NCBI GenBank assembly: GCA_964620905.1
Contig: CAZUKA010000001.1
Coordinates: 90,890-154,889, forward strand
Length of the DNA stretch: 64,000 nucleotides
Origin: an uncultured Gammaproteobacteria bacterium
Lineage (GTDB): Bacteria; Patescibacteriota; Patescibacteriia; S139-126
Reading direction: 5' to 3'
Part shown: positions 8,492 to 18,329 of the stretch, piece after piece
Numbering within the stretch: position 1 is the first letter of the stretch
Layout: each line of letters starts with the position of its first letter
Position numbers and translations under genes: made by a program
The notes under the pieces: generated by a model
The model's input: only the letters and a program-made list of their open reading frames with translations
The model's database searches: none
Told to the model about the DNA's origin: nothing

Positions 8492-10090
8492 ATGCTAGAA
8501 AAAATTTGGTTTAAATTGAATAATACCACAACCGGCGGGGCAATCTTGATTGCCTTTTTTTCTGTATTTGCCAAAATTATTGGATTATTTAGAGATCGAT
8601 TATTGGCCGCAAATTTTTCAGGAAGTAATATTGATATTTTGGATGTGTATTATGCCGCGTTTAAATTGCCGGATTTAGTTTTTAATACTTTGGTATTGGG
8701 AGCACTGGCTTCTGCTTTTATTCCCGTGTTTGTAAAATATTTACAAAAAAATAAGGACGAGGCCAACCAAATTGCCAATTCACTTCTCAATTTATTATTG
8801 CTGGTTGTGGGTGTATTGACAGTGGTATTTATAGTTTTTGCTCCTTGGTTTACTCATCTAGTTGTACCGGGTTTTAGTGGTGATAAATTTGAGCTAACCG
8901 TCAGATTTACTCGAATTATGTTTTTGGCTATTTTATTTTTTACGGTTTCCAATGTTCTCTCGGGAATTTTAAATTCTTATAAAAAGTTTTTATCTTTTTC
9001 TTTAGGGCCAATTTTTTATAATTTTGGAATTATTCTGGGTATTTTATTTTTTACTAAATTTCTGGGCCCAGAGGGTCTGGCGTGGGGTGTGGTTTTTGGT
9101 GCTTTGCTGCATTTATTGATTCAGTTGCCAGAAACATTTACAACGGGTTGGCGTTATCGATTTGATTTTTTCTTTAAACATCAAGCGGTGAGACGCATAA
9201 TCACTCTGATGATACCAAGAACATTTGGTTTGGCGGTGGCACAAGTCAATCAAGTAGTAACGGTGATCATTGCTTCTACTTTAACCGCTGGATCAGTCGC
9301 ATATTTTAATTTGGCCAATAATTTACAGTCTTTCCCGATTTCTGTTTTTGGTGTGTCAATTGCTATCGCCTGTTTTCCTGCCTTTTCCCAAGCTTTTGCT
9401 GAAAAAAATCAAGAAAAATTTATGGTCAGTTTTAGTGTCAATTTCAGGCGTATTTTGTACTTGATTGTGCCTTTTTCAGTTTTTCTACTTTTACTGCGAG
9501 CACAAATTGTGCGGTTGGTTTTGGGAACCGGCAATTTTACCTGGACTGATACTATCCAAACCGCCCAAACTCTGGGTTTTTTTTCCTTGTCTTTATTTGC
9601 CCAAAGTTTAATCCCACTTTTATCCAGATCCTTTTATGCTTTTGAAGATACCAAGACGCCGGTGATAGTTAGTATATTTTCTTTTTTAGTAAATATTATC
9701 GGAGCAATTGTTTTGGGACAAAAGTTTGGTATTTTTGGCGTGGCCGTAGCTTTTTCTCTTGCCTCGATTTTAAATTTTATAGCCTTACTTACTATTTTAA
9801 GGTTTAAAGTAGGTTATTTGGATGATAAAAAACTGGCTTGGTCTGCCTTGCAAATAAGTTTTTTAAGTTTACTTTGCGGTTTATTGGGTTATCTGGTGAT
9901 GCATGTCGTTGCGCCACTGGTAAATATGCGTACTTTTTGGGGAATTTTTATTCAAACTATTAGCACCTTGTTTATTGGTGGCGGGGCTTATATAATACTG
10001 TCAGTTTTATTTAGATTTGAAGAAGTTGAGATTATTGGTAAATTTTTTGGAAGATATTTGAAGATTTTTCAGAAGAATAATGGCAACTAA
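8492..10090 (+). CDS. murJ: Lipid II flippase MurJ (MviN)
   Basis: GLFRDRLLA, YYAAFKLPD, FYAFEDTKTP; multi-TM. Confidence 0.93.
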   Translation: MLEKIWFKLNNTTTGGAILIAFFSVFAKIIGLFRDRLLAANFSGSNIDILDVYYAAFKLPDLVFNTLVLGALASAFIPVFVKYLQKNKDEANQIANSLLNLLLLVVGVLTVVFIVFAPWFTHLVVPGFSGDKFELTVRFTRIMFLAILFFTVSNVLSGILNSYKKFLSFSLGPIFYNFGIILGILFFTKFLGPEGLAWGVVFGALLHLLIQLPETFTTGWRYRFDFFFKHQAVRRIITLMIPRTFGLAVAQVNQVVTVIIASTLTAGSVAYFNLANNLQSFPISVFGVSIAIACFPAFSQAFAEKNQEKFMVSFSVNFRRILYLIVPFSVFLLLLRAQIVRLVLGTGNFTWTDTIQTAQTLGFFSLSLFAQSLIPLLSRSFYAFEDTKTPVIVSIFSFLVNIIGAIVLGQKFGIFGVAVAFSLASILNFIALLTILRFKVGYLDDKKLAWSALQISFLSLLCGLLGYLVMHVVAPLVNMRTFWGIFIQTISTLFIGGGAYIILSVLFRFEEVEIIGKFFGRYLKIFQKNNGN

Positions 10091-10190
10091 GAAATTAACT
10101 AATAACTAATAACTAATTACTAATGACTAATGAATTTATTAATTAGTTATTAGTAGATTGTGTCATTGATTAGTAATTAATAATTATAGA
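10085..10190. repeat. Heptamer tandem array (AACTAAT)n followed by inverted copies
   Basis: aactaat aactaat aactaat tactaat gactaat ... attagtt attagt. Confidence 0.7.
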
Positions 10191-10262
10191 TTATTATACA
10201 TATTGACCACTTGTTTAAACCCGAGTCAGCAGCGAGGCAAGAGTTAAAAATTATTATTTTTT

Positions 10263-12041
10263 ATGGATAGTAAACAAATTCGCAATTTTTGTATCATCGC
10301 CCATATTGACCATGGTAAATCAACTTTGGCTGATCGGTTGTTGGAAATTACCCACACGGTTGATAAAAGAAAAATGAAAGATCAACTTCTTGATCAAATG
10401 GATTTGGAAAGAGAGCGCGGAATTACTATCAAACTAACACCAGTTAGAATGCAGTGGCAGGGAGTAGAGCTTAATCTGATCGATACGCCGGGGCATGTTG
10501 ATTTTGCGTATGAAGTTTCTCGCAGTTTAGCGGCTGTGGAAGGGGCGTTATTGTTGGTTGATGCTACTCAAGGAATTGAAGCTCAAACTTTAGCAAATTT
10601 ATATTTGGCACAAAAACAAAATTTAGTGGTAATCCCAATAATCAATAAAATTGATTTACCAGCGGCGGATGTAAATACAGTTACGGAAGATTTAGTTAAA
10701 TTGTTAAAATGTTCTACCACCGATATTTTGTTGGCTTCAGGTAAAACTGGACAAGGGGTAGAGGGTATATTGAATACAATTATTGAACGGATCCCGCCGC
10801 CCCAGGGACAGGTTGATCTACCTACTCAAGCTTTAGTGTTTGATTCTTTTTATGATGAATATCGAGGAGTGGTGTCCTATGTCAGGTTGAAAAATGGTCA
10901 AATAAACAACAACGATAAAATAAAATTTCTTTCCAATCGCACTTTAACCGAAGCGCTGGAGGTTGGTTGTTTTTCTCCAACTATGACTAAGTTAGATAAA
11001 CTTTCAGCAGGCGAAATTGGTTATATAGTAACTGGTTTAAAACAAGTGGGTGAAGCTAAAATTGGCGATACCATAACCAACCACCTAAGTAGCCAAATCA
11101 CAGCGCTAGCTGGTTATGAAGAAATGAAACCAATGGTATATGCTGGTATTTATCCCAAAGAAGGTGATGCTTTTGCTGAGTTGCGCGAAGCGATGGAAAA
11201 ATTAAAATTAAACGACGCGGCTTTACTCTATGAACCAGAATCATCTTTAGCTTTGGGTTTTGGTTTTCGGTGTGGTTTTTTGGGGTTGTTGCATTTGGAG
11301 ATATTTAAAGAACGAATTAGACGAGAATATGAACTAGAAATAATAGTTACTACACCATCGGTGGCTTATCAAATAGTAGACAAAAAAGGTCAGAGTAAAA
11401 TTATTCATTCCCCAGAAGAATTTCCTTCGCAAGAAAAGCTGGAAAAAGTTTTTGAACCGATTATGCGGGTAGAAGTTTTAACACCTAAACAGTATGTCGG
11501 CAATGTAATGAAATTGGCCAGTGATAAGCGCGGTCAATATGTTGATACGACTTATTTGGATGAACAGAAGGCCATTTTGCATTATTTTTTACCACTTACC
11601 TCGCTGTTGGTTGATTTTTATGATACACTAAAAAGTATCAGTAGTGGTTATGCTAGTTTAAGCTATGATTTTTTTGATTATCAAGTCTGTGAATTGGTTA
11701 AACTTGATATTTTAGTAGCCGAAGAAAAGGTTGAGGCTTTATCGACCTTAGTCTATGAGGATCAAGCTTATCAGATAGCTAGACAAATTGTTAAGTCATT
11801 GAAAGAAGTTTTGCCTCGGCAGATGTTTGAGGTAAAAATCCAGGCTACGATTGGCGGTAAAGTGATTGCCAGCGAAAGATTGTCAGCACTGAGAAAAGAT
11901 GTCACAGCCAAACTTTATGGTGGTGATGTAACAAGAAAAAGGAAGTTATTGGAAAAACAGAAAAAAGGTAAAAAGAAAATGCAGCGCCGTGGTCGAGTAG
12001 AAATTCCCTCCGAAGCCTTTATTGCTTTATTGAAAAGATGA
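10263..12041 (+). CDS. lepA: Elongation factor 4 (LepA)
   Basis: IRNFCIIAHIDHGKSTLADR, DTPGHVDF, RKDVTAKLYGGDVTRKRKLLEKQK. Confidence 0.98.
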   Translation: MDSKQIRNFCIIAHIDHGKSTLADRLLEITHTVDKRKMKDQLLDQMDLERERGITIKLTPVRMQWQGVELNLIDTPGHVDFAYEVSRSLAAVEGALLLVDATQGIEAQTLANLYLAQKQNLVVIPIINKIDLPAADVNTVTEDLVKLLKCSTTDILLASGKTGQGVEGILNTIIERIPPPQGQVDLPTQALVFDSFYDEYRGVVSYVRLKNGQINNNDKIKFLSNRTLTEALEVGCFSPTMTKLDKLSAGEIGYIVTGLKQVGEAKIGDTITNHLSSQITALAGYEEMKPMVYAGIYPKEGDAFAELREAMEKLKLNDAALLYEPESSLALGFGFRCGFLGLLHLEIFKERIRREYELEIIVTTPSVAYQIVDKKGQSKIIHSPEEFPSQEKLEKVFEPIMRVEVLTPKQYVGNVMKLASDKRGQYVDTTYLDEQKAILHYFLPLTSLLVDFYDTLKSISSGYASLSYDFFDYQVCELVKLDILVAEEKVEALSTLVYEDQAYQIARQIVKSLKEVLPRQMFEVKIQATIGGKVIASERLSALRKDVTAKLYGGDVTRKRKLLEKQKKGKKKMQRRGRVEIPSEAFIALLKR

Positions 12042-12139
12042 TGAAGAAAAAAAATATTCAAAAATTGGTTTGGGTGGTGATTGCTGTTATGGTGACTTTT
12101 ACCATGGTTTTATGGTCGTTGGGAGCGGCTTATTTTTAA
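12038..12139 (+). CDS. Small single-TM protein, 33 aa (MMKKKNIQKLVWVVIAVMVTFTMVLWSLGAAYF)
   Basis: ATG overlaps the lepA stop (ATGA); fills the gap to the next gene; basic N-terminus plus hydrophobic helix. Confidence 0.6.
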   Translation: MMKKKNIQKLVWVVIAVMVTFTMVLWSLGAAYF

Positions 12140-12143
12140 TTTT

Positions 12144-12785
12144 ATGGTGGAGGTACCACAATATTTTCAAAAAAAATTACACCCTGATGAAGAGTTGATA
12201 CTTTTTGTCAGACCATTTGGTTTAGTTTATACTGGTTGGTTTTTGATGTCGGCAGTTTTACTTTTGGGCGCCCTGTATTATTTTTTCCATTTACTGCGTT
12301 TTGGATATTTTGGTATGTTTATTTTTGTGTTTGTATTTTTGTTGGGATTTTTTAGTTTGGTTAAAACTTTGGTAGTCTGGCGCTTAACTGCAGTAGTGGT
12401 TACCAATAAGCGTATTATTGATTTTGATCAACACGGTTTGTTCGTTCGTCAGTTGTCAGAAGCGCCACTGATCAACGTGCAAGATATAACTTTATCACAG
12501 AAAGGGGTTTGGGAATTACTATTTAATTTTGGTACCATTAAGATTCAGACCGCTGGCACCAGTGCCGTGTTGGAATTATCACATATTCGTTATCCCCGGC
12601 GGGTGCATGAAATTTTAGTTGAGTTAAAAGAACAGGTGAATAGTCAGTCAAAAACACAAACAAATGATTGGTCAACCGATCCGCAATGGCAAGCTTTTTT
12701 GCAGGTTTTGGAAAAAAAGAAACAGGAGATTGGTGAAAAAAATGTTAAGGAAGCTTTGGCCGAATGGTTAAAAAAAGAAGACTGA
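12144..12785 (+). CDS. Bacterial PH-domain membrane protein
   Basis: Two TM helices then VVTNKRII...VQDI...FGTIKIQTAG (bPH_2-like). Confidence 0.8.
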   Translation: MVEVPQYFQKKLHPDEELILFVRPFGLVYTGWFLMSAVLLLGALYYFFHLLRFGYFGMFIFVFVFLLGFFSLVKTLVVWRLTAVVVTNKRIIDFDQHGLFVRQLSEAPLINVQDITLSQKGVWELLFNFGTIKIQTAGTSAVLELSHIRYPRRVHEILVELKEQVNSQSKTQTNDWSTDPQWQAFLQVLEKKKQEIGEKNVKEALAEWLKKED

Positions 12786-12822
12786 TTTGGCATAATTTTA
12801 TTTTCCCATTATAATATAATTT

Positions 12823-13212
12823 ATGACCATGGGAAAAAAGGAATTTTGGCTGAAGCGGTTATTTCGCTCCAATATGTTTTTTGTTTTAGTGTTATTGTTA
12901 TTGTCGTTATTTTCAGTTTCATTATTTCGGGAGATTATGCGGAAACTGGAAATTAAAAATGAAGTAAAAAAGTTGGAGACTGAGGTAGCGGAACTGGAAA
13001 ACCGCAATACCGAATTGCAAACAATGATTCAGTATTTTCAAACGGATGAATTTATTGAAAAAGAGGGTAGGGCTAAGTTGGGTTATAAACGACCTGGTGA
13101 AACAGTTGTTGCCGTGGCTACTGCTAGTCAGATAAATCCCGCTACTTCAACTGCACCTGGTAGCGGTGAACGGACAAATTTACAATTATGGTTTGATTAT
13201 TTTTTTAAATAA
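12823..13212 (+). CDS. Septum formation initiator (FtsB/DivIC-like)
   Basis: TM, coiled coil, IEKEGRAKLGYKRPGE. Confidence 0.8.
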   Translation: MTMGKKEFWLKRLFRSNMFFVLVLLLLSLFSVSLFREIMRKLEIKNEVKKLETEVAELENRNTELQTMIQYFQTDEFIEKEGRAKLGYKRPGETVVAVATASQINPATSTAPGSGERTNLQLWFDYFFK

Positions 13213-13215
13213 AAT

Positions 13216-14511
13216 ATGACAGAAAAAAAATTGGAAAATATAAATGATTCAATTTCTGACGAACAAAAAGCCAACGAGCTTGATCCAAAGTTGTCAAAAA
13301 TTAGAGACTCGGTTTTACAGGCTATAAGTGAACCTACCGAGAGCGAACCAGCCAAGACCAAAAAAACCACCAAAAAAGTCTTATCGGATAAGGCGGTTAA
13401 AAAGTCAGAAGTTTTAAAACTCACCAAAAAAAGTTTTATCGAAAAGAAAAAAAACACAAAAAATAATAGTGATGACAAAATGACACCCCAGGAAATTATC
13501 AGTCAAGAATCCGAGCAACCAAAAGACAAATCTGTCCTTGGTGAAAAAGAGCAAATAGGGGCTAGCTTAGTTGGAAAACAAGATAGTACCAAACAAAAAA
13601 AACCAGCAATATTTAAGATATTTTTTTTAAGTATTTTAAGCACAGCCGTGCTACTGATTTTGGTTTTGAGTGTTGGGGTTTATATATTTGGTTGGCGTCA
13701 ACCTGTGGTTAAACAGATAAGTAGCTATTTGTATTTTCCCGCTGGATTTTATGGTTATCAGCCAATTAGTTTGAAAGCCTATTGGGCAGATATTGACACT
13801 CTGACCTATTTTTATCAGCACCAAGTAGAACAGGGTGCTTACAAAGAGATGCCACCAACAGAGGAAATTCAAAAAATTGTTTGGGACCGTTTATTGAATA
13901 TGGTGATTATACAACAATTAGCCAAAGATTATCAGGTCAGCGTTAGTCCAAGTGATATTTCGTCTGAAATTGATCAAATAGTCAGAGAAGCCGGTAGCCG
14001 AGAAAAATTGGCAGAAAACCTATACGAATTTTATCATTGGGATATTGAAACGTTTAGCGCCAAAGTGATCGGCCCATTTATTTTGGAACAACGGGTGTGG
14101 GAAAAAATAAATGCTGATCCAATTTATGATCAGGCGGCCCAAGCCGAAGCCCAAGAAATTCTGGCCCAAGTTAAATCCAATCCTGAAATATTTTCTCAAG
14201 CCGCCAGTGACAAAAGTGATGACTTAGCTTCCGCAGCCAGGGGTGGGGATTTGGGTTATTTCAATCAGGGGGTAATGGTACCAGAATTTGAGCAAGCTGT
14301 TTTTAAATTGCAGGTTGGTGAAATTAGCGATTTAGTAAAGACTCAGTTTGGTTATCACATCATTAGATTGGACGATAAAATAGTATCCGAGACTGACCCG
14401 AATGATATACAAGTAAAAGCCAGTCATATTTTGATAGCACCGCAAAATTTAAATGATATTTTAGAAAAAAAGAAAATAGACAAAAAAATTATCCAATTGT
14501 TGGATAATTAA
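13216..14511 (+). CDS. Parvulin-type peptidylprolyl isomerase (SurA/PrsA-like)
   Basis: GGDLGYF, MVPEFE, VKTQFGYHII; TM anchor after a charged disordered N-terminus. Confidence 0.88.
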   Translation: MTEKKLENINDSISDEQKANELDPKLSKIRDSVLQAISEPTESEPAKTKKTTKKVLSDKAVKKSEVLKLTKKSFIEKKKNTKNNSDDKMTPQEIISQESEQPKDKSVLGEKEQIGASLVGKQDSTKQKKPAIFKIFFLSILSTAVLLILVLSVGVYIFGWRQPVVKQISSYLYFPAGFYGYQPISLKAYWADIDTLTYFYQHQVEQGAYKEMPPTEEIQKIVWDRLLNMVIIQQLAKDYQVSVSPSDISSEIDQIVREAGSREKLAENLYEFYHWDIETFSAKVIGPFILEQRVWEKINADPIYDQAAQAEAQEILAQVKSNPEIFSQAASDKSDDLASAARGGDLGYFNQGVMVPEFEQAVFKLQVGEISDLVKTQFGYHIIRLDDKIVSETDPNDIQVKASHILIAPQNLNDILEKKKIDKKIIQLLDN

Positions 14512-14540
14512 AATAAAGTCAAAAGAATCGTATAAATGTT

Positions 14541-14616
<76 letters not shown>

Positions 14617-14657
14617 CAAGCAAAATGCAGAATTTAGGATTAAGAATAAAAATAATT

Positions 14658-14731
14658 TGGAGCGGGATACCGGAATCGAACCGGCGCTCTATCCTTGGGA
14701 AGGACATGTACTACCACTATACTAATCCCGC
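14658..14731 (-). tRNA. tRNA-Gly(CCC)
   Basis: Reverse complement GCGGGATTAGTATAGTGGTAGTACATGTCCTTCCCAAGGATAGAGCGCCGGTTCGATTCCGGTATCCCGCTCCA. Confidence 0.95.
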
Positions 14732-14754
14732 CGGCAACTGCTATGGTGGATAAA

Positions 14755-14849
14755 GGAAGCTAAGGTACTACCACTTACTATGCTCGCATATTTACAGAGC
14801 AAACTAACTTTACAGGGAAAGCAAGTACACCACCAAGTACCAATCTCGC
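14755..14849 (-). pseudogene. Two degenerate tRNA-Gly 5'-half copies (14755-14787 and 14815-14849)
   Basis: Reverse complements GCGAGCATAGTAAGTGGTAGTACCTTAGCTTCC and GCGAGATTGGTACTTGGTGGTGTACTTGCTTTCCC resemble the 5' half of the adjacent tRNA-Gly. Confidence 0.55.
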
Positions 14850-14898
14850 TGACAATTAAAATGATATTACTAACTTAGTATAAAGAAAAAAAAGTTTC

Positions 14899-16017
14899 AT
14901 GCCAAGATTTATAAAAAAGACTATTTTATTTGTGGGTATATTTGGCACAATAATTTTTTATACCTCAACTGTCAGGGCCAATGGGGTTAGTTTTGTTGAT
15001 ACCACCAAGTCCGAGCAAACAATTAGTTTATTATCTGATCAGGTTAGTATAAGATTTTCCGTTAGTTCTTTGACTAAACCTAGCCGGGTTGGTTTTTGGA
15101 TTGATGATTCAGTCGTAAATTCCAACGAACAGTTGAGTCCAGTTTATGCCTGGCAAATATTGGATGCTGAAATTAACAGTAAGGTCTTTTTAGAACTACC
15201 CGTCCCGAGTATTGAGACAAGTTGGCAGGTACATTTTTCACCTGATGGAAAAAGTTTTCTACCGACCGCTTATGAATTAGCAGCAGAAAAAATAATTATA
15301 CCTCTACCGGACGTTTCTGGCCGGATTTATCTTAGTAGTTTGGTTCTTTCTGACTTTAGTATTTATTTAGATGCTGAGACAGTAACGAAAGGTTACCCAG
15401 TAAAAACACCGGATAGTTATTTTAATTTTCATATATTACCTGATGCACTGTTGCAACCTACCAATATTACTATCAAACCTCTAAATCTAGCAGCTTTTAA
15501 CATTCCTGCTGGATTGGAGTTAGTTTCGCCAATTTTTTATTTTTATATAGATGCTGCCAACAATGCATTTCCACAAAAAGATTTACCAATTGATATCAAA
15601 TATTTTGGTGACAATACAAATACCAAGGATATTTATTATTGGGATAATGTAAACAAGATTTGGTTGCCTTCACCTTCGATTACTCGTTATTTGGAGGGGG
15701 TGGTTCGAACACACACCCATCAGCGGGAGATGATTTTGGCAATTTTTAGTAATGGTATAATGGAGAAGGGTGTTGCCAGTTGGTATCGATATAAAAATGG
15801 GGATTTTGCTGCTTCACCTGATTATCCCAAAGGTACAAAGTTGAAAGTGACCAATTTAGCCAACTTAAAATCAGTAGTTGTGACTGTCAATGATTTTGGG
15901 CCTGATCGTAGTATCCATCCGGACAGAGTGATTGATTTGGATCGAGTGGCCTTTGCCAAAATTGCTGATCCTAGCGCTGGGGTAGCAGTCGTGGCGGTGG
16001 AAGAAAATTATTATTAA
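14899..16017 (+). CDS. Exported protein with C-terminal RlpA-like (DPBB) lytic transglycosylase domain
   Basis: Signal peptide; GVASWY...GTKLKVTNLAN-KSVVVTVNDFGP...RVIDL. Confidence 0.8.
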   Translation: MPRFIKKTILFVGIFGTIIFYTSTVRANGVSFVDTTKSEQTISLLSDQVSIRFSVSSLTKPSRVGFWIDDSVVNSNEQLSPVYAWQILDAEINSKVFLELPVPSIETSWQVHFSPDGKSFLPTAYELAAEKIIIPLPDVSGRIYLSSLVLSDFSIYLDAETVTKGYPVKTPDSYFNFHILPDALLQPTNITIKPLNLAAFNIPAGLELVSPIFYFYIDAANNAFPQKDLPIDIKYFGDNTNTKDIYYWDNVNKIWLPSPSITRYLEGVVRTHTHQREMILAIFSNGIMEKGVASWYRYKNGDFAASPDYPKGTKLKVTNLANLKSVVVTVNDFGPDRSIHPDRVIDLDRVAFAKIADPSAGVAVVAVEENYY

Positions 16018-16020
16018 CTT

Positions 16021-16701
16021 ATGATTGAGTTTAAAGGTATTACCAAATATTATCCACCAGATGTTTACGCTTTGCGTGATGTTAGTTTTAAAATTGCCCC
16101 CAAAGAATTTGTATCTATTGTTGGTCAGTCTGGTACTGGCAAAACTACCTTGGTAAAATTGATAATTGCCGAAGAAAAACCAACCCGAGGGAAAATTTTG
16201 ATTGGTGATTGGGATATCACTCATGTTCGTCCTTATGAATTGCCAGTTCTTAGACGTCAGATTGGAGTGGTTTGGCAGGACTTTAAACTGTTGCCAAAAA
16301 AAACCGTATTTGAAAATGTAAGTTTTGCTTTGGAAGTTTGTGGGCAGTCACCGGAACATATCAATCGAGTAGTGCCGCAAGTTTTGAAAGTAGTGGGGCT
16401 TTTTGACAAACAGCATCGTTTCCCATACCAACTTTCTGGTGGCGAACAACAACGAGTTGTGATAGCTCGGGCTTTAGTGCATAAACCAAAAATTTTGATT
16501 GCTGACGAACCAACCGGCAATTTGGATGCTATCAACACCCAAGGGATAATAGAAATTTTGAAAAAAATAAATGAACTAGGTACTACGGTGATATTGGTGA
16601 CGCACGATCGGGAAATTGTCAACGGTTTGAAAAAAAGAGTGATTACCTTTGATGCTGGTATGGTGGTTTCTGACCAGTCCGAAGGTAAATATATGTTATA
16701 G
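16021..16701 (+). CDS. ftsE: Cell division ATP-binding protein FtsE
   Basis: [33 protein letters not shown]; adjacent to ftsX. Confidence 0.92.
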   Translation: MIEFKGITKYYPPDVYALRDVSFKIAPKEFVSIVGQSGTGKTTLVKLIIAEEKPTRGKILIGDWDITHVRPYELPVLRRQIGVVWQDFKLLPKKTVFENVSFALEVCGQSPEHINRVVPQVLKVVGLFDKQHRFPYQLSGGEQQRVVIARALVHKPKILIADEPTGNLDAINTQGIIEILKKINELGTTVILVTHDREIVNGLKKRVITFDAGMVVSDQSEGKYML

Positions 16702-16768
16702 TTAGGGTTTGCGACTTAGATTTTAGATTGATTTCTAAATCCTAAATCCTAAATCCTAAACCTAATTA
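16702..16768. repeat. Heptamer array (CCTAAAT)n with inverted TTAG-type copies
   Basis: ttagggt...ttagatt ttagatt ... tctaaat cctaaat cctaaat cctaaac. Confidence 0.65.
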
Positions 16769-16769
16769 A

Positions 16770-17687
16770 ATGTTTTTAGTTTCAGTTTTTCGAGTTTTAA
16801 AATTTGCTGTGGTAAATTTTTGGCGCAACATTTGGTTGGCAATAGTAACTACCACCATTATGTCAATGTCTCTGTTTGTAGTGATGGTGTTATTGGGTTT
16901 GAATTTAGTTATCAGTCAAGCAATAAATTCTTTACATGAGCAGGTGGATGTGTCAGTTTATTTTAAGAGTGATATTACGCCGGAAGTAGTACAAGAATTT
17001 CAGACCAACTTACAACAGATCCCTGGTGTCAAAGAGGTGGTTTATATTTCCAAAAGTGACGCTTTGGATAATTTTCGAAATAAATTTGCCGATAATCCCG
17101 TAATCTTGGAATCGCTCAATGAATTGGAAGAAAATCCTTTGGGGGATACATTGATTATTCAAGCCCAATCAATCAATGATTATGATTTGGTTTTGCAAGT
17201 TTTAAATAGTGAGGAATTGTCAGCTTTTATTCAAGAAAAGAATTTCCAGGATTATGACAGTATTATCAGTAAGATTTCAGAAATAAGTTCTACTATCAAC
17301 CGTATTGGTTTATTTTTGAGTGTTTTGTTTTTATTGATTGCCATTTTAGTCACTTTCAATACTATCAGGATTGCAATTTATACTTATCGCAGTGAACTGG
17401 GTATTATGCGTTTGGTGGGCGCCAGTAAAGCCTTTATTGAATGGCCGTTTTTTGTAGAAGGAGTAATGTATGCGGTGTTGTCGGTAATTATTACCACTGT
17501 GGCAATCTATCCTATGGCTGGTGCCGCCCAACCATTTTTGGATAAGTTTTTTGGTACTAGTACCCTGAATTTAATCAGTTATTTCAATAGTAACTTTTTC
17601 AAAATTATCGGTTTGCAGTTATTGGGGGCAAGTTTTTTGAGTATTTTCAGTTCTTGGTTGGCAGTCAGGCGTTATATCAGAAATTAA
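16770..17687 (+). CDS. ftsX: Cell division permease FtsX
   Basis: NFWRN, YISK, ENPL, NTIRIAI, IMRLVGAS..FI..PF..EG. Confidence 0.92.
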   Translation: MFLVSVFRVLKFAVVNFWRNIWLAIVTTTIMSMSLFVVMVLLGLNLVISQAINSLHEQVDVSVYFKSDITPEVVQEFQTNLQQIPGVKEVVYISKSDALDNFRNKFADNPVILESLNELEENPLGDTLIIQAQSINDYDLVLQVLNSEELSAFIQEKNFQDYDSIISKISEISSTINRIGLFLSVLFLLIAILVTFNTIRIAIYTYRSELGIMRLVGASKAFIEWPFFVEGVMYAVLSVIITTVAIYPMAGAAQPFLDKFFGTSTLNLISYFNSNFFKIIGLQLLGASFLSIFSSWLAVRRYIRN

Positions 17688-17690
17688 TAT

Positions 17691-18329
17691 ATGATCACGG
17701 TAGTAATTCCGGTTTACAACGAAGCGGCGACGATCAGACAAATTGTGACCACTTTGTTAACTGGTAAAGAAAAATTTTCAATCATTGTGATCGATGACGG
17801 TTCAACAGATAAAACTGCTGAAACTTTGCGCGATTTATCCATTGTCTTACTTAAACATCAATTCAACTTGGGTAAAGATCGAGCAGTTTTGACAGGTGTC
17901 AAAGCAGTACTCACCGACAAGGTGCTTTTGCTTGATGGTGATTTGGTTGGGCTTAATAGTGAACATATTAATAAAATTATTTCGTTTGCTGATAATTTTC
18001 GTATGGTTTTGGGAATTTTAAAACCGCGTCATTGGTGGCACTGGTTATTTTTTTTAAATCGTTATTTTATTTCACGGACCGGTATCAGATTAGTCAATCG
18101 CGATGATATTTTGTCTTTGCCCAGTGAGAAACTCGGTCAGTTTCGTCTGGAATCTGTTTTAGCCAGTCTAAGCTACCAAAATAAATGGCCGGTAAAGAAA
18201 GTTATTTTGTCAAGAATCAGGCATTATAGTAAAGAAAAAAAATACGGTTGGAAGTTCGGATTGATTCGTCGCTATCAGATGCTGCGGGATATTTTCAAAT
18301 TTTATGTCGGCAAATACACAATCAACTAA
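17691..18329 (+). CDS. Glycosyltransferase family 2
   Basis: VVIPVYNE, IDDGSTD, LDGD. Confidence 0.85.
   Translation: MITVVIPVYNEAATIRQIVTTLLTGKEKFSIIVIDDGSTDKTAETLRDLSIVLLKHQFNLGKDRAVLTGVKAVLTDKVLLLDGDLVGLNSEHINKIISFADNFRMVLGILKPRHWWHWLFFLNRYFISRTGIRLVNRDDILSLPSEKLGQFRLESVLASLSYQNKWPVKKVILSRIRHYSKEKKYGWKFGLIRRYQMLRDIFKFYVGKYTIN

Noticed and set aside
10085-10190. CRISPR array
   Set aside because: 7-bp tandem units without unique spacers; no cas genes in the window.
10203-10246. GC-richer patch upstream of lepA (CTTGTTT...AGGCAAG weak hairpin) as a riboswitch
   Set aside because: Short weak stem with no recognisable aptamer consensus.
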